Part shown: positions 51,831-64,000 of the stretch, one piece after another
Numbering within the stretch: position 1 is the stretch's first letter
Layout: every line of letters starts with the position of its first letter
DNA from: Rhizophagus irregularis
Lineage: Eukaryota
DNA: 64,000 bases
Reading direction: 5' to 3'
NCBI RefSeq assembly: GCF_026210795.1
Contig: NC_089433.1
Location: forward strand, 2,418,001-2,482,000
Program-made: the position numbers and the translations under genes
The notes under the pieces: generated by a model
What the model was told of the DNA's origin: nothing
What the model saw: the letters and a program-made list of their open reading frames with translations, nothing else
Databases searched by the model: none

Positions 51831-52387
51831 AAAAAAGATCTAATTTTATATAGCTGATTGCAAAATTGTAAGACCACCCTATGATTTTTTAATTTGAAAA
51901 TTTGATATTTTGAATTTTTCAAAAACCAGTAAATTTAATCAAGTTAAAAACCTATTTATTTAACTCCTTAAATAAAAATAGAAATATATCATATGATTCA
52001 ATATAAATAAATTACTTTAAAATCTTTATTAATTTTAAAGAGTTAAAGTTATTACCAAAATAGTATTATTTACTTGTGTTTTAATTTTCATAAGACTAAG
52101 TATGATGGTAATAACTTTTAAATTTTTCACTTTTTCGTTTACAACTTCAAAGCATAATTAAACTACCTATATATTAATTTTTATGGGTGTAAGTATAATA
52201 CTTATGGAGAAATTTACATTTTTTGTAATAGTATTAATTTCAAATTTTTCTTTACTGTTTATTAACTTTATTAATTGAATATTGTTAATCTACTTGTATA
52301 TTATGTTTAGTTTAGCTTTACAATGTATTAATCATATTTAAAATTGGATTTAATAAAATATATTTGATTAATAAATATACTTTATAA

Positions 52388-54340
52388 TAGAGATTGGAAT
52401 CAATTTTACAATAATCGAATTTATCAAAAATCGATAAGAATCGATTTTAAATTGATTATCGAACAAAATCGAAATTATTTATTGTAGCGCAGTATTGATA
52501 ATAAAAGTAGTTTATTAAATGATTATCATCAAATTTATCTGTTACACCAAAAAATAAGTTTTAATCAGGTTATAATGCCGATCATTTATCTTTTATTTTT
52601 GCCAATACCATAAAAATTCCCACACCATAAAACTTTTTTTTAAAAAAAATGGCAACTACTACACGAAGTAAACATAAACAAATGGAACAGATGGCCAAAG
52701 AAGCAGTAGTAGAGAAAGAAAATTTAGCACAGGATGTTATAGAAGAGAGTGAAGATGACTCTGATTATGAAGCTAAAGACAGTCATGTGTTACTGCTGAT
52801 ATTTCTAATATAACTATTGATAATATTTAGAAATTAGCAAACAATCAAAACAGCAAAAAGCATCAACTAAAATTGGAAGACCAAAACAAGCTGGGTATGG
52901 AGTTTTTTGAGCTCAATAAAGATAATACCAAGGCTATAGTTGCCGCCGAAATTATTATTACGGTTACGGCACGTGCCGTAATCACCGTAATTAAAAACCG
53001 TAAACCGTAATTGCCGTAATGCCGTAATGCTGTAATTTAACTTGACGCCGTAATGCCGTAGTGTAATATGCTGTAAATAAATAAGACTAAACTTAATTTC
53101 AGCCGTCCGGTCAACTTTTTTAGCGTTATATCACGTGACGTTACACCAATTTCCAAAAAAGGAAATTTTGTCCCTCAATAAATCAAAGAAATGGGTTACA
53201 CAAGGTTACACAAGGTTCTAAAAAAGGAGATCTTTTTGCCGATCATTTGGTATTATTTAAGTCACGTGGTCATAATTAATTACGGCATTTTATTACGGTT
53301 ACGGCATTATTTACGACATATGCCGTAATGCCGTAATGCCGTAATTAGTGAATTTCGACGGCACCTATAACCAAGGCTGTATGTCAAATTAGTGGTTGTG
53401 AAAAAATGCTCACATGGTGCGGTTCTCCAAGCTCATTAGCAACACATTTGTCAGGTGCACATGGTATTACCAAAGAGATTGCTATGAAACATAATGAAGA
53501 AGAATTAAAAAATCCTCCTGAATCTTCTATTAAACCATATAAACATTCTAAACAAGAATCTCTAACTCAAAATGTCATAGGATTTGTTATTGGAATAGTA
53601 CAACCCTTAAATGTTGTAGAAGATCCAGATTTTATTAAAATGATAAATGGATTTGATAAGCGTTATAAAGTTCCTTGCACTAAAAATAGGATCTCAAAAA
53701 CATTTGAAATAGGAAAAGTTACACTTAAAAATCAAGATGCCTGGAGTTCACCAGCACATTTGCATTGGAAAACATCTGATTTTGAGCCAAATGAAGTACT
53801 TCTCAGTATGGATATATTGATTTGTTTTATGAATGGGAGATTGAATCAAAGATAATTGCACTAGTAACTGATAATGGTTCAAATGTAAAAAAAGCATGTA
53901 ATGAAATAGGTATTGGTGAAAGAATTCCTTGTGCTGCTCACACACTCCAACTGAGCATTGGAAAGGGGTTAGATAAGATAAGACAATTAGTTGATAAATG
54001 TAAGTGCCTCATTACTTTTTTTGCAGGAGATAAGAAAAAACAACAGTTAAAGGAAGCACAAATGTATTTACATCGACAGTAAGAAGTTTTACAGGATAAT
54101 AATGAGTTGGAAAAAGAAGTTGAAAATCTTATTTATCTTGATGTTATAAAAGTAAACAATACATGATGGAATTCAACTCTGTATGCTTTTCAAAGACTCA
54201 TTATTTTAAAACCAGCAATTGCAATATTAAAGGCTTCCCTAATAAGTAATGTAAGTTTAAATATTCATAAAGAAGGTGAAAAGTTAGAAGAACTGTATCC
54301 AACAGTTCATGAATGGAAAGTAATCAAAGAAATAGTGCAT
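52388..54340 (+). mobile_element. hAT element with decayed BED-finger transposase (ATG ~52649), 3' truncated
   Basis: Probable left end TAGAGATT. BED finger KA[MITE]VCQISGC...LATHL..AHG; then DAW, VTDNGSNVKKA, IPCAAHTLQL and T(R>*)WNSTL. Confidence 0.85.
52935..53368. mobile_element. 434-bp hAT-type MITE inserted in the BED finger
   Basis: TIR TATAG(T/G)TGCCG(C/T)CGAAATT. TSD ACCAAGGC at 52927-52934 and 53369-53376. Internal GCCGTAAT repeats. Confidence 0.92.
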
Positions 54341-55500
54341 CGGAGATTGCGAGAGTAATTTTGGGACTTTTGCCTTTATCATTATTACCATTAGGAGCAT
54401 GAACAGAGGTGTTCAGGGAAGAAGTATCAGGTTAAAAAGATTTCTCAACAGAAGTTGTTTCAACAGGACCAGAAGGCGTGAAGGGTTTATCAGGTACGTT
54501 TATTAGCAGGGTTGGTTGAAGGTGTAGTGTTCGAAGGGCCAGATGAAGAGGAACCTTGATCAGAAACGTTGCCAGTTGAAAAGCTTGAGGCAGAATGTTT
54601 AACAGTAGTATCATTTCCAGACTTGTTGTTTTTCTTATTTTGTTTTCCAATTTACTAAAATAAAGTAAAATAAAAGAAAAAGTAATAAAAAACTTTGAAA
54701 AAATTTTTTATTTTTTTTCGTAAATATTGTCAAATGAGCAGAATGGGAGAGTTTAGTTTTATCCTTTTACTTTGCTAGTGTTTACGGCCAAGCCTTTTTC
54801 TACCTCTTTTGAGACATCCTTGAACTAGTACCCAAGGGGTAACCATTATACTGAGTACTTATTTCCTCAGGTAACAGCATTGTATATGAGAACATCCCCA
54901 TCGGGCCACTTTTAAGACTACCGTCTACTCAATCTTATACCTATTGCATGATACTGGTACTCAATTTATTTTACAATTTTTAGAGAGTACCTACTTTCAT
55001 AGAGGACTTTCAACAGGTAACATCAACCATCTAGTACCCTTCCATACCACCATTTTAGGTACTAAGTCTCACTCAAAGGCATGATAGTACAATCGTGAAC
55101 CCTAAGTGGTATACTTTGTAGACAGAAAGTAGCAGGTATCTGTCCAGGATCACTCCTTATGGTGGGTATCAAACTACTACTAAGACATTGCACCCTCTGC
55201 TTTACCATCTAGGATGACCATTGGAAGTCTGAACTGTGCACATGCCAACGGCCTCATAGGAAACGTTAGAAGGACACCATGACCCTTAGTTGAAATGTAC
55301 GCCTAACTGTACACACTAATTCACCATGATGCAGTCCAACTACACTAATCCCTATACCTTCACGCTATTGGTGATAGCATCCACAGTAAAATTCGTTTTA
55401 TTTCCGTGATCAGTAGAATTGAACCTGCGACCTCACCATACTCAGGCTATATGAGAGAGTGCCGCCTTATTAATGACTGCACTAGGGTGATCAGCCCTTA
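54340..55500 (-). mobile_element. 5' portion of a LINE-like element: tRNA-like head, GC-richer leader and ORF1 N-terminus
   Basis: The minus strand near 54430-54350 reads DTSSLNTSVHAPNGNNDKGKSP, similar to ORF1 TVDASIHAPFNTSGKGKA at ~56355-56410. Confidence 0.55.
55407..55494 (-). other. tRNA-derived (Met-like) sequence with Pol III A/B-box-like motifs; probably not a functional tRNA
   Basis: Minus strand: TAGTGCAGTC (A-box-like), CTCATA (CAT anticodon-like) and GAGGTCGCAGGTTCAATTC (B box/T loop), bracketed by TGATCA. Confidence 0.5.
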
Positions 55501-55589
55501 GTTTTATCCTTTTACGATCACTGTCTGATGAGTTATTCGTCTTTATTTATGTTTACTGCGCCATTTAACATTTTGCTAAATTTCTTGGT

Positions 55590-55965
55590 ATCTAGTGATT
55601 ATAAAAAGACGTTTAATAGCTCGTTAGAATCGCCTCATCAAGACGAATCGAATGGTGATAAGCTCATCTCTCTGTGATCAATATTGACGGAATTACTAGT
55701 ACTTAAAAACCATTTAATATTTTTTAATTTTGAAAATTAAACTAATAATTGGATTTTGATGTATTTTATACCATTAGAACCGTCTCATCAAGACGAATCA
55801 AATGGTAGTAAGATTATCTCTTTACGATTAATATTGGCGGAGTTATAATACAATAAAGTTTTAAGTATAATTTTAGTCAAAATTATGTTAATTTTTAGTT
55901 GAAATTATGATATACGAATATAATAAATTTTTTATATAGTTATATCTCTTTATAATCACTAAATA
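55590..55965. mobile_element. Small inverted-repeat element with two copies of the 33-bp palindromic core
   Basis: Inverted pair TATCTAGTGATTATAAAAAGA / TCTCTTTATAATCACTAAATA. Cores at 55622-55654 and 55772-55804. Confidence 0.55.
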
Positions 55966-56107
55966 TGAGGATCATCGCAACTCTTTCCTGAATTTTTGAA
56001 AATACTAATAAAATTTTATTTTTGAAATTTTCGTTCGAAAATTTCTAAGTGCTCGTATAAATACTAACAATTCCCCAGTTGCTTTCCTCTTTACTGAGCT
56101 TTATACT

Positions 56108-58172
56108 ATGACTTCACCTCCAGCTCCTTCTGTTATTAACCCGGATATTCTGTTGCCACCGCGTCCTGTTACTTCTGCTCCCTCTGGAGACCGACCCTTG
56201 TCTCCCACTAATACCGCTGGCGCACCAAACAAACGTTCGCGTATTGTCACCCTCTGCTCCTGCTCCCAACCTTATTCCTGCCGTTCCTTCTGGTCTTCCT
56301 GTCAACAAAGTCCATGTGATTACCTCTCCTCATCATACTACTACTCCTGTTGAAACTGTTGACGCTTCTATCCATGCTCCCTTTAACACCAGTGGAAAAG
56401 GTAAAGCTGTTGCCTTTGAAGTCCCGGAACGTCAACCATCTCCTGATGGTAATGCTGCCGCTATTAAATCCACACCTTCTCGCTATCATGCTGCGGCCTA
56501 TTTACGTGATACGCCTGACGCGTTCAAAGTTAAATTCACCACCAATCGTTCCATGTGTGATGAAGTGGATTGTTTGCTCTCCCGTTATTCTTCCTATGGC
56601 GCCCGCGCACGCTGTGATGGATCAGGCGATAACAAAAAAATCCTTATCTTCTTCAATAACCAAGATGATTTTACCGATTGTGTCAACTCCCCACGTGCCG
56701 ATCTCCTTGATTTGGCCTTCACCCATTATTCCCCTGCAGATGCCAAACTCAGTGATGAAGCGAAGTCTTTGTTTGTCACCAACATTCCGCTTTTCCTAAA
56801 TGAGACGCAAGTCCGTCAGGAATTTTCCTGTTATGGCACTGTAATTAAGTGTAAACTTACCCCTAAGAAACATTATTATAATGGACATATCCAATTTTCC
56901 TTCGCGGATGCAGTTACCCAATTTAACGATATCTGGGCGATTATTTGTCTAGGTAATTCTTTACGTGTCTGTCCGGCATCTTTTTCGAAATCCCAATGCG
57001 ATAGCCGTAGAGAACATGTCGCTATCCTTGCCAGCATTCCAAAAAATATTAAGGAAGCTGACCTTTTAGAAATTGCTACTCAAGTCAATGCTAAGGCTCT
57101 TAACGTCCCTTTATCTATCAGTTCTTACAAGCCTAAACCCTATGTGTATTTGAATTTCTCTTCGTTTGATACTTTTGAGGCTGCTAAAGAGATGACCGTA
57201 GCTTTCCGCGGCAAAGGGTTGACATGGCACCCTCCTAATGAAGCTCACACTTTATGCCACGTCTGTGGGTGTTCTGGTTGTTCCCCTTCTATATGTAATC
57301 CTCGTCCCACATGTAAAGTGGATGATCGCCTTAACAAACTATATTCACGCTTTAATGCTGGTCCTCGACGTGGTCGCCAGGATTCACGCCAATCACGTAA
57401 CCAATCCAATTCCCATTCCAGATCACGATCCAACTCAAGATCCCGCAATAATTCTTCTTCATCCCGATCCAACAACAGCAATAACAATGTTATTAACACT
57501 TCTCGTCCTGATACTTCTCATAGTAACAACCGGACCAACAATCATAATGTTAACAATCCCAGGAACAACGCAAATTCTTCCGGTTCTACTCAACCTCCAA
57601 ACAACTCTCACCCTAATAGTTCTACACCTACTTCTCCATCCAGCAATCCTACCTATACGCTTCCTCAACATATCATTGATGATTTAAAGGCGCAGATCAA
57701 AAAGATTGCTAACACCCTCAATGCTCTTGATGAAACTGTCTCTTGGATGCAAGATACTATCACGACCCATGAATATAGGCTATCTGAGCTTGAATCAATG
57801 ATGAATTACGATAACCCTGGAGACTCTGATTTATACCCGCCTCGTGATGATAATGAAAATCATTCTTATGGTAATAACTGGGATGATGAACCGATCCAAG
57901 ATACGAATTCACGATCCAATCTTCCTCCTTACACTCCCTCTTCTCTCATGGACACTTCTCCTGATGCTTCCTTCTCAACTTTGGACCCTTGCTCTGTCTT
58001 ATCTAGTAGACATGTCCCCTTGCCAAACTCCCGTCCTAATATTATCACCCCTAATGTTTCTGCTTCCCGTCTGCTATCGGAAATTTCTAATGTTACTAGT
58101 GTACAGAAGAATCTCTCTGCCCAATTAGGTTTGATTATGGAAAAGTTGGACTCCTTCTCCTCCTCCTTCTAA
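56108..58172 (+). CDS. LINE ORF1 (two RRM-like domains, Cys/His motif, RS/N-rich region, coiled coil); one frameshift near 56245
   Basis: SLFVTNIP...YGTVIKC; VAILASIP...YVYLNF; CHVCGCSGCSPSIC; heptad region LKAQIKKIANTLNALDETV. Confidence 0.85.
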
Positions 58173-58612
58173 TGATTGAACACCAAATTATATCGGGTGC
58201 ATCACAGGGATTTCATTCCCTAATAGTGCGATACTTAATAATAACAATCATTATAATCATTCCCCTTCTCTTTCCCCTCTTATTAATTTTGGACAAATCA
58301 ATGTTAATGGTTTGTGACTTTGTGCTCCCTGTTCGACAGCTGCATTTATTAAATTATTTCCTTCATTCCTCTTTTGGCTAAATGATACTCGTCTTACCCC
58401 TTCTAGTGCTAAATTTATTTATCATAATGAACACTCCCAATATAGTTTTAAGTCCTATTGGGCTCCTTTCCCTTCTATTTCACGACCTCATGATGGTGTT
58501 GGTCTTTTACTTCGCCATCCATTACACAAACATGTTCAGAAGATTGATCCTTGGAAAGGTCGTCTTTTAAAATTAGATCTTTTTTTTCATCAAACAAAAA
58601 TTTCTATTATTT

Positions 58613-60552
58613 ATTTTTATTTATTTATTTTATGTGAAGCCGGCAGGGGATACAAAAGTGGGCATGATTCCGAAGTAATACAACCCAACAAAAATCCTAC
58701 CATCGATTTCCAGAGGAGCCGGAAGCCAACCCGAACTACTTGAAAAAAAAAGACCTGCACTACTACCACGTCCGATAAAAGTCCAGGCAAACACACTGGG
58801 AAAAATAAAAAAAAAAGTGGAGAGGACAAGTCCCCTTTCCAAGAAATTGTGGTGCATACACATAAACTTATTCTATCCTAAAAAATAATACAATTCTGAA
58901 ATTTGTAAAACCGCTAATTAAAGCGTAGGCTAAACTAGTTTCTGTAATAAAGTTAAAATCTCTGCTAAAACCGCCTTGTTATCTTTATTACCACCCTTAA
59001 TCTTCGAGGTATTCTTTGCCTTCTTCTGACTCTTCAAGTGTTTCTCCTCCTGGTTATTATTTTTCGGGACTTTCTTCGAGGATGTAGGTTTATCCTTCTT
59101 CTTAGGCTGTTTACATTCCAAATTTTTATCAGACTTACCTGACTTTTTCGTATTCGGTGTATTTTTAGCCTTAGGTTTGTTTTGTGCTTTCTTCAAGGTA
59201 GGAATGGAGTGTCGACACCATTTCAACTCCTTACCATCAGGTACGAAAAACTGTGGCGTATCTAAGGCCCTTAGTGTGGTCTCCCAATTCTCGAAATAGG
59301 CCACAAGTTTCCTCCTTCTTTTACTTGTTTGAATAACTTTAAATGAGCTAGCACCGCACTTCATTAAAAATTCACATGGTTTACAGTCCATCCACAAGGT
59401 AACCATCGTCATATCCTCCGGAATGTCATGAATAACGGCTTGGAACTTTTCACGTTGTTTTCTTTCTCGTAAAGTCCAACTTGCAGGGAACCATCTAACG
59501 GGTATACCTCCCAGGTCTGTCGTCCAATATTTGTTAAACTGGGGAAGGGCAAATGAGGAAAGAGCTATTTTGACTCGAAGAGTCTGATACTTATGTTGCC
59601 GTTTAACGGAACATTTAATAGCGTTCCCCCAAAATTTTAACTCTGCTATTATTTTCTGCAGGTTCCAGGTATACGGGATATCGTAAACTATTATGTCTCG
59701 GATTCGCTCTTGCTCCTCTCCGACAGCTTCGTATCCTGTCAGTATCTGTGTAGCCTCCGGTTCAGATGATTTCTTTCCCTTATGGGAATTTTTGGCTGAT
59801 GTTTTCGCATCAGGTTTTGCCTTTGTTGATTGGTTCGCGACTTGTTTATCATCTATAACACGCGCCTTTTGTTTATCTTTCTTCTGGGAATTTTCGGGTA
59901 TTACAGTTTGATCAACAGAGAGCGTTACTATATTGGGCATTGATGGAAGCTTGATAGGTACTGGATTTGGTGGTTTTTGGAATCCTTGGCGTATAAGATC
60001 ATCTTCATCAAAATCAAGCGGATATGACTCATCCATTAGATAATCGTCAGTATTCTGAGATCCATCATCGTCATCGTCATCATCATCACCCGTATCGCCA
60101 AAATTGCAATAGAATTGGGTAGAAAAATTATCCCAAGACTTGGACGCAGCATATAGCGCTATAGAAAATATTAGCGAAAGAGTGGTGGGTTGTATATTCG
60201 TAACTTGAGCTTGTGAAGTGAAGTTCGTGGGGTTGGCTGAGTCGCCAAACCTTTCTATCAGTATCCGGGCTTTATCCTTAGGTACTGAAGGGTTTTTTTC
60301 AAATAAGTCCTTGAGGAAACCGTCCTGTACAAAAGAACTTAAGTGGTGTGTAAAAGTCTGAAAATAAATTTCGTTAAACTTGGAAACGAAGTCTAAAGCT
60401 TCTTCGTTTGGTGTTCAGCTCTTATCCATAGACATTTTTATATTTATATAATAAAATTTAATAAAGGGGATTATTTTTTAAAAAAAAATTATTACGCAGA
60501 AATTTTCATAAAAAATGTATTCGGGAAAAAGTTTTTTTAGTGTTGGAGATTC
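58613..60552 (-). mobile_element. 1.94-kb non-autonomous retroelement encoding only an ORF1-like protein
   Basis: 15-bp TSD AAATTTCTATTATTT (58598-58612, 60553-60567). 3' tail CACATAAAATAAATAAATAAAAAT. No RT, EN, TIR or LTR. Excision restores the host frame HQTKISIISVYIPP. Confidence 0.9.
58930..60435 (-). CDS. ~501-aa LINE-ORF1-like protein (N-terminal domain, acidic linker, two RRM-like domains, Lys-rich tail, terminal helix); single TGA at codon 7
   Basis: Manual translation shows the frame open from 60414 to 58930. ATG at 60435; TGA at 60417-60415 where the 41463 copy has Arg. Motif-by-motif similarity to the host LINE ORF1. Confidence 0.85.
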
Positions 60553-63500
60553 AAATTTCTATTATTTCTGTCTATATTCCTCCTTATCATTCTATTCATT
60601 ATAAAGAACGTGATGCTATTTTTGCACAACTTAATTTATGGCTTGATAAAGCCCACTCTAATAATTATCATGTCGTCATCCTTGGTGACTTTAATGCAGA
60701 TGAACTTTCACATTCACATCTTCCTCAACATCATTTGAAACTTTTGCGATCACTTCCCGATATTTTACAGATCATCAATCCCATATTTCTCCGACTTCAG
60801 GTCCCAGTTCTACCTTCTATCATCAAAATGGTTCTTCAAGACTTGATTATATTTGGTCATCCCCTGGATTTCCTGCTCCCGGCCTTTTCTCTCATGTTGA
60901 AACTTGTCCTAAGTTGAATGATAAACAATTTACTGATCACCATGTACTTATAACGGCATTTGACTTCAGCTCTTGTTTCGCTACTCTAGCTAAAGTTAGA
61001 TTAAAACAAAAAAGCGAACAACGCACCATTTTTCTTTACAAAAATTTAAAGGATAACATTTGGGAAGCCTTTTCCAATGAAGTTAATTCACGTCTTGAGC
61101 TTTATTTAGCCACACACCATCCTTCCATATCTTCACTTTCCGTTCTTCCTTTGGACAAACTTTGGCACGCTCTTAAATGTTCTATTCTTGGCGGTGCCAT
61201 TGATTCTCTTCCGTTTCGACATGTATCCAATACTCATCATCATAAATATTCTCCCGAGCTTACAATGCTTATTGCTATCAACAAATTCTTGGATAGATTA
61301 TTGTTTAAATTGACTACATCTTGGACTAGTCGCCCGGCTCAAATTTCACAAATGATTAACTCTTTACCCGCACAATTGAGTCTTTTAAAATCTCTTTTAA
61401 CAGATTATACTATACCTATTTATAGTACATCACCACTTCCTGTTTTTGTCAAATTTTTGCGTTCACAAAAGCTTTGGTCTCTGCTTATCTTTCCACGCAA
61501 TTTTATCAACATCGTGTGGATTCCATTGAATTTTATACTGCTCTTAGAGATGAACATTTCTCTATGTCACCGGGTTCTTTTATTTCTTCAGCCCTGTCAG
61601 TGGACCATCGCTCTATCGTTCTTGATAGAGTTTTGGTTGTAATTGACTCCAAACCCACATTACTTACTGATCCTTCAGATATCAAACAAGCTGCCATCAA
61701 ACATTTCCAATCAGTTACTCCTCCTTTGGTTCAGCATTCTTCCACAGATGAATTTCCTCCACGTTGGCAAAGAGCATATGCTCCTATTTCTAACATTGAC
61801 TTGTCTTTATATAATTTGGTCATGTCCCCTATTCTGGAAGACGAATGGAAAAACACTATCCAGTCTATGCCCAATAACAAAGCCTCTGGTCCTTCTAAGA
61901 TCTCTTATGAGATGCTCAAACATTTAACTGGAGAAGCTTTTAATCTGTCCCTTGTATTAGCTAATGCCTGCCTTATTCATGGCGATATTCCTGCTGATTG
62001 GCGTGAAGCGCTTGTCTATCCCATCCCGAAGCCTCATGAATTTGACGCCCAATTAAAGAATACACGACCTATTACCTTGTTAGAAACTGTACGAAAATGT
62101 GTGGTTAAGGTCGTTACAACTCGACTTTCAAAAATCCTCGCTGATAACCAAGTGCTTTACCAGGCGGTTCCACTGACATTCCTATTAAAATGCTTGATGC
62201 TATTATCCATCAACGCCGCTTTGACAAAACTGATGACCAAGAGTTATGGATTGTTTCCCAAGACATTTCTAAGGCCTTTGACTCGATTGACCTAAATATG
62301 CTTAAATTGGCTTTAATCCGTTTGCATATCCCGCCTTTGTTGATCAAATTTATCATTAATCTTTTCACTAGACGTAATAATAAAATTATTACTCATTATG
62401 GTGATACTTCTGGATATAGAGTTAGAATCGGTATTGACCAGGGTGAAATTATTTCTCCGTTATTATGGGTGATTTATTTAGATCCTTTGCTTACAACACT
62501 TAATCGAGAAGCTTGTGATCCGTTTATTTTGAAATCCTCTGCATTATTGGATTACTCTCCGATTGATTATGAACAATATAATTTGCCTGTTTCTCATATT
62601 ACATTTATGGATGACTCTACTTTGATTGCTTCATCTAAACGAGGAATTGAAGATCGCCTTTCCATTACTGCTGAATTTTATACTTTAAATAATACTCAAG
62701 CAAATTCAGCAAAATATATCCTTCTTTCTTCTGAACAATTTTCTCAAACTGTAATGTTTGATCTTTCTCCCTCCCCCTTAATTTCAAGTCCTACTCTTAC
62801 TTTAAAAGCGTTAGCTTTATCTACATCTTTCCGTTTTTTAGGTGTTTGGTTTTGTCTTTCGGCTTCTTCTCGCTTTGTTCACAACCAAACCACTTCCATG
62901 GTTAAGGATATGGCCGCTCTACTCAGTCCTAAGAAACTCTTGGCACAACACGTGGCTTATCTTTATAATATTGTATTACTTCTGAGATTGGAATTTCGCC
63001 TACAAACCACACTTTTTGCTGAATCTACCATTAATCGCATGGTCTCTCCAATGCTTTCCCTTATTCGACAGAAGGCTGGTTTTGTCTCAGTCACACCTCT
63101 TTCCGCACTTTTTACATTGTTGCCGTTCTCTATTCAACAAGCATTTGGTCGATTTTTATCATCTCATGTGGCTTCATGGCAGAAAATTTTTTCTCACCCT
63201 TCATATAAACTTTTTGCCAATTATATGATTACTTATCTCCAAGGCTTCCTGGATTGTGACGCCTGTCCTTCTACTATTGATTTGGAATCATGGTCTCATA
63301 CCTTTTCCCTTCGAACACATTCTTTATTCAATTCTTTATTGTTCTCTTCTCGATTGAATTTCACGTGGTCATTATTGTTCCGACCTCCGAGGAAAGATCT
63401 ACATCCAGCGATTCCACTCCGGTCTATTTTACCAAAAGAATTATTTACTTCTATGAAAAATGTTCGAAAAAATTTTGGCACTCATTTTCTTGCTCAATTG

Positions 63501-64000
63501 GTTACTCCGTGTAGCTCGCGACTGTTGTCATGGAAAGACTTACGCTTTCTTAAACGAGTTTCGAACAAAGGATCTGTGCCTGCTTGGTTTAATTATTTAT
63601 TTAATTTTGTTGTTATTTCTAATTCTTCTTTTTTTGTTTTACCGCAATTTAGAATACCTAATTCCCATACTGTAGCTTCTATCTCTTTTATAGATATTAG
63701 TCGAAATTATTTGTTTAATCCTCAATGGGCTATTTCTTTTAATCGCAATACTAACTCTTTCCTTGTTGGCCGTGTGATTATTAAGGACCCCGGAAACTCT
63801 ATATAAAGGTTGGTCTAAATTTTGAGAAATTTACTATTATCTTTACCCAGTTTAAGCCGAAAATTTACTAGTATCATTACCCAATTTAGAAATAACCTGA
63901 AATATTTTTCTAATATATATTACCCAAAATAAAAACAACCTATTATAATTTTATATAAGTAATTTATTAATAAAATGCGATATATCATACAAATAACGTG

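Larger units (their letters stand above)
56050..63806 (+). mobile_element. APE-type non-LTR retrotransposon (LINE), frameshifted, interrupted at 58613-60552 and cut off near 63800
   Basis: ORF1 followed by ORF2 with endonuclease and RT domains. Sequence character changes abruptly after ~63803. Confidence 0.92.
58172..63806 (+). pseudogene. LINE ORF2 (APE endonuclease + reverse transcriptase) with several frameshifts and an internal insertion
   Basis: EN motifs GQINVNG, DGVGLLL, ISVYIPP, LGDFNA, SRLDYIW and TDHH. RT motifs KASGPSKI, RPITLLE, QDISKAFDSI, GIDQGEIISPLLW, FMDD and FRFLGV. Confidence 0.92.

Noticed and set aside
54650..55400. Self-cleaving ribozyme in the GC-richer leader
   Set aside because: I could not fold a convincing HDV-like or hammerhead core by eye; it needs a covariance search.
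55407..55494. Functional tRNA-Met gene
   Set aside because: The D arm has an insertion and the anticodon and T stems pair poorly, so it is treated as tRNA-derived only.
60540..63806. RT as a retron, group II intron, DGR or telomerase-type system
   Set aside because: The upstream APE endonuclease and ORF1 identify an ordinary non-LTR retrotransposon.

Overview
Very AT-rich, intron-containing eukaryotic DNA. The short GT-AG introns, TE families and protein style suggest an arbuscular mycorrhizal fungus (Glomeromycota, Rhizophagus-like); this is an inference. Two clear host genes form a convergent pair at 10-14 kb: SPF30/SMNDC1 and an HPC2/ubinuclein-like HIR-complex subunit. Almost everything else is nested transposable elements: a Zator DNA transposon, a Tc1 (DD34E) element, several decayed hAT elements, an intact spliced Crypton-type tyrosine recombinase gene, APE-type LINEs, many MITEs with readable TIRs and TSDs, and tandem repeats. 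The main novelty candidate is a 1.94-kb retroelement that encodes only a LINE-ORF1-like double-RRM protein. It has a 15-bp TSD and an (AAAT)n tail, sits antisense inside the endonuclease of a LINE, and has four more decayed copies in the window. Other leads are a tRNA-like head upstream of a LINE remnant, a ~115-bp palindromic module shared by unrelated MITEs, and tandem arrays of microexon+intron units. All coordinates were read by eye.
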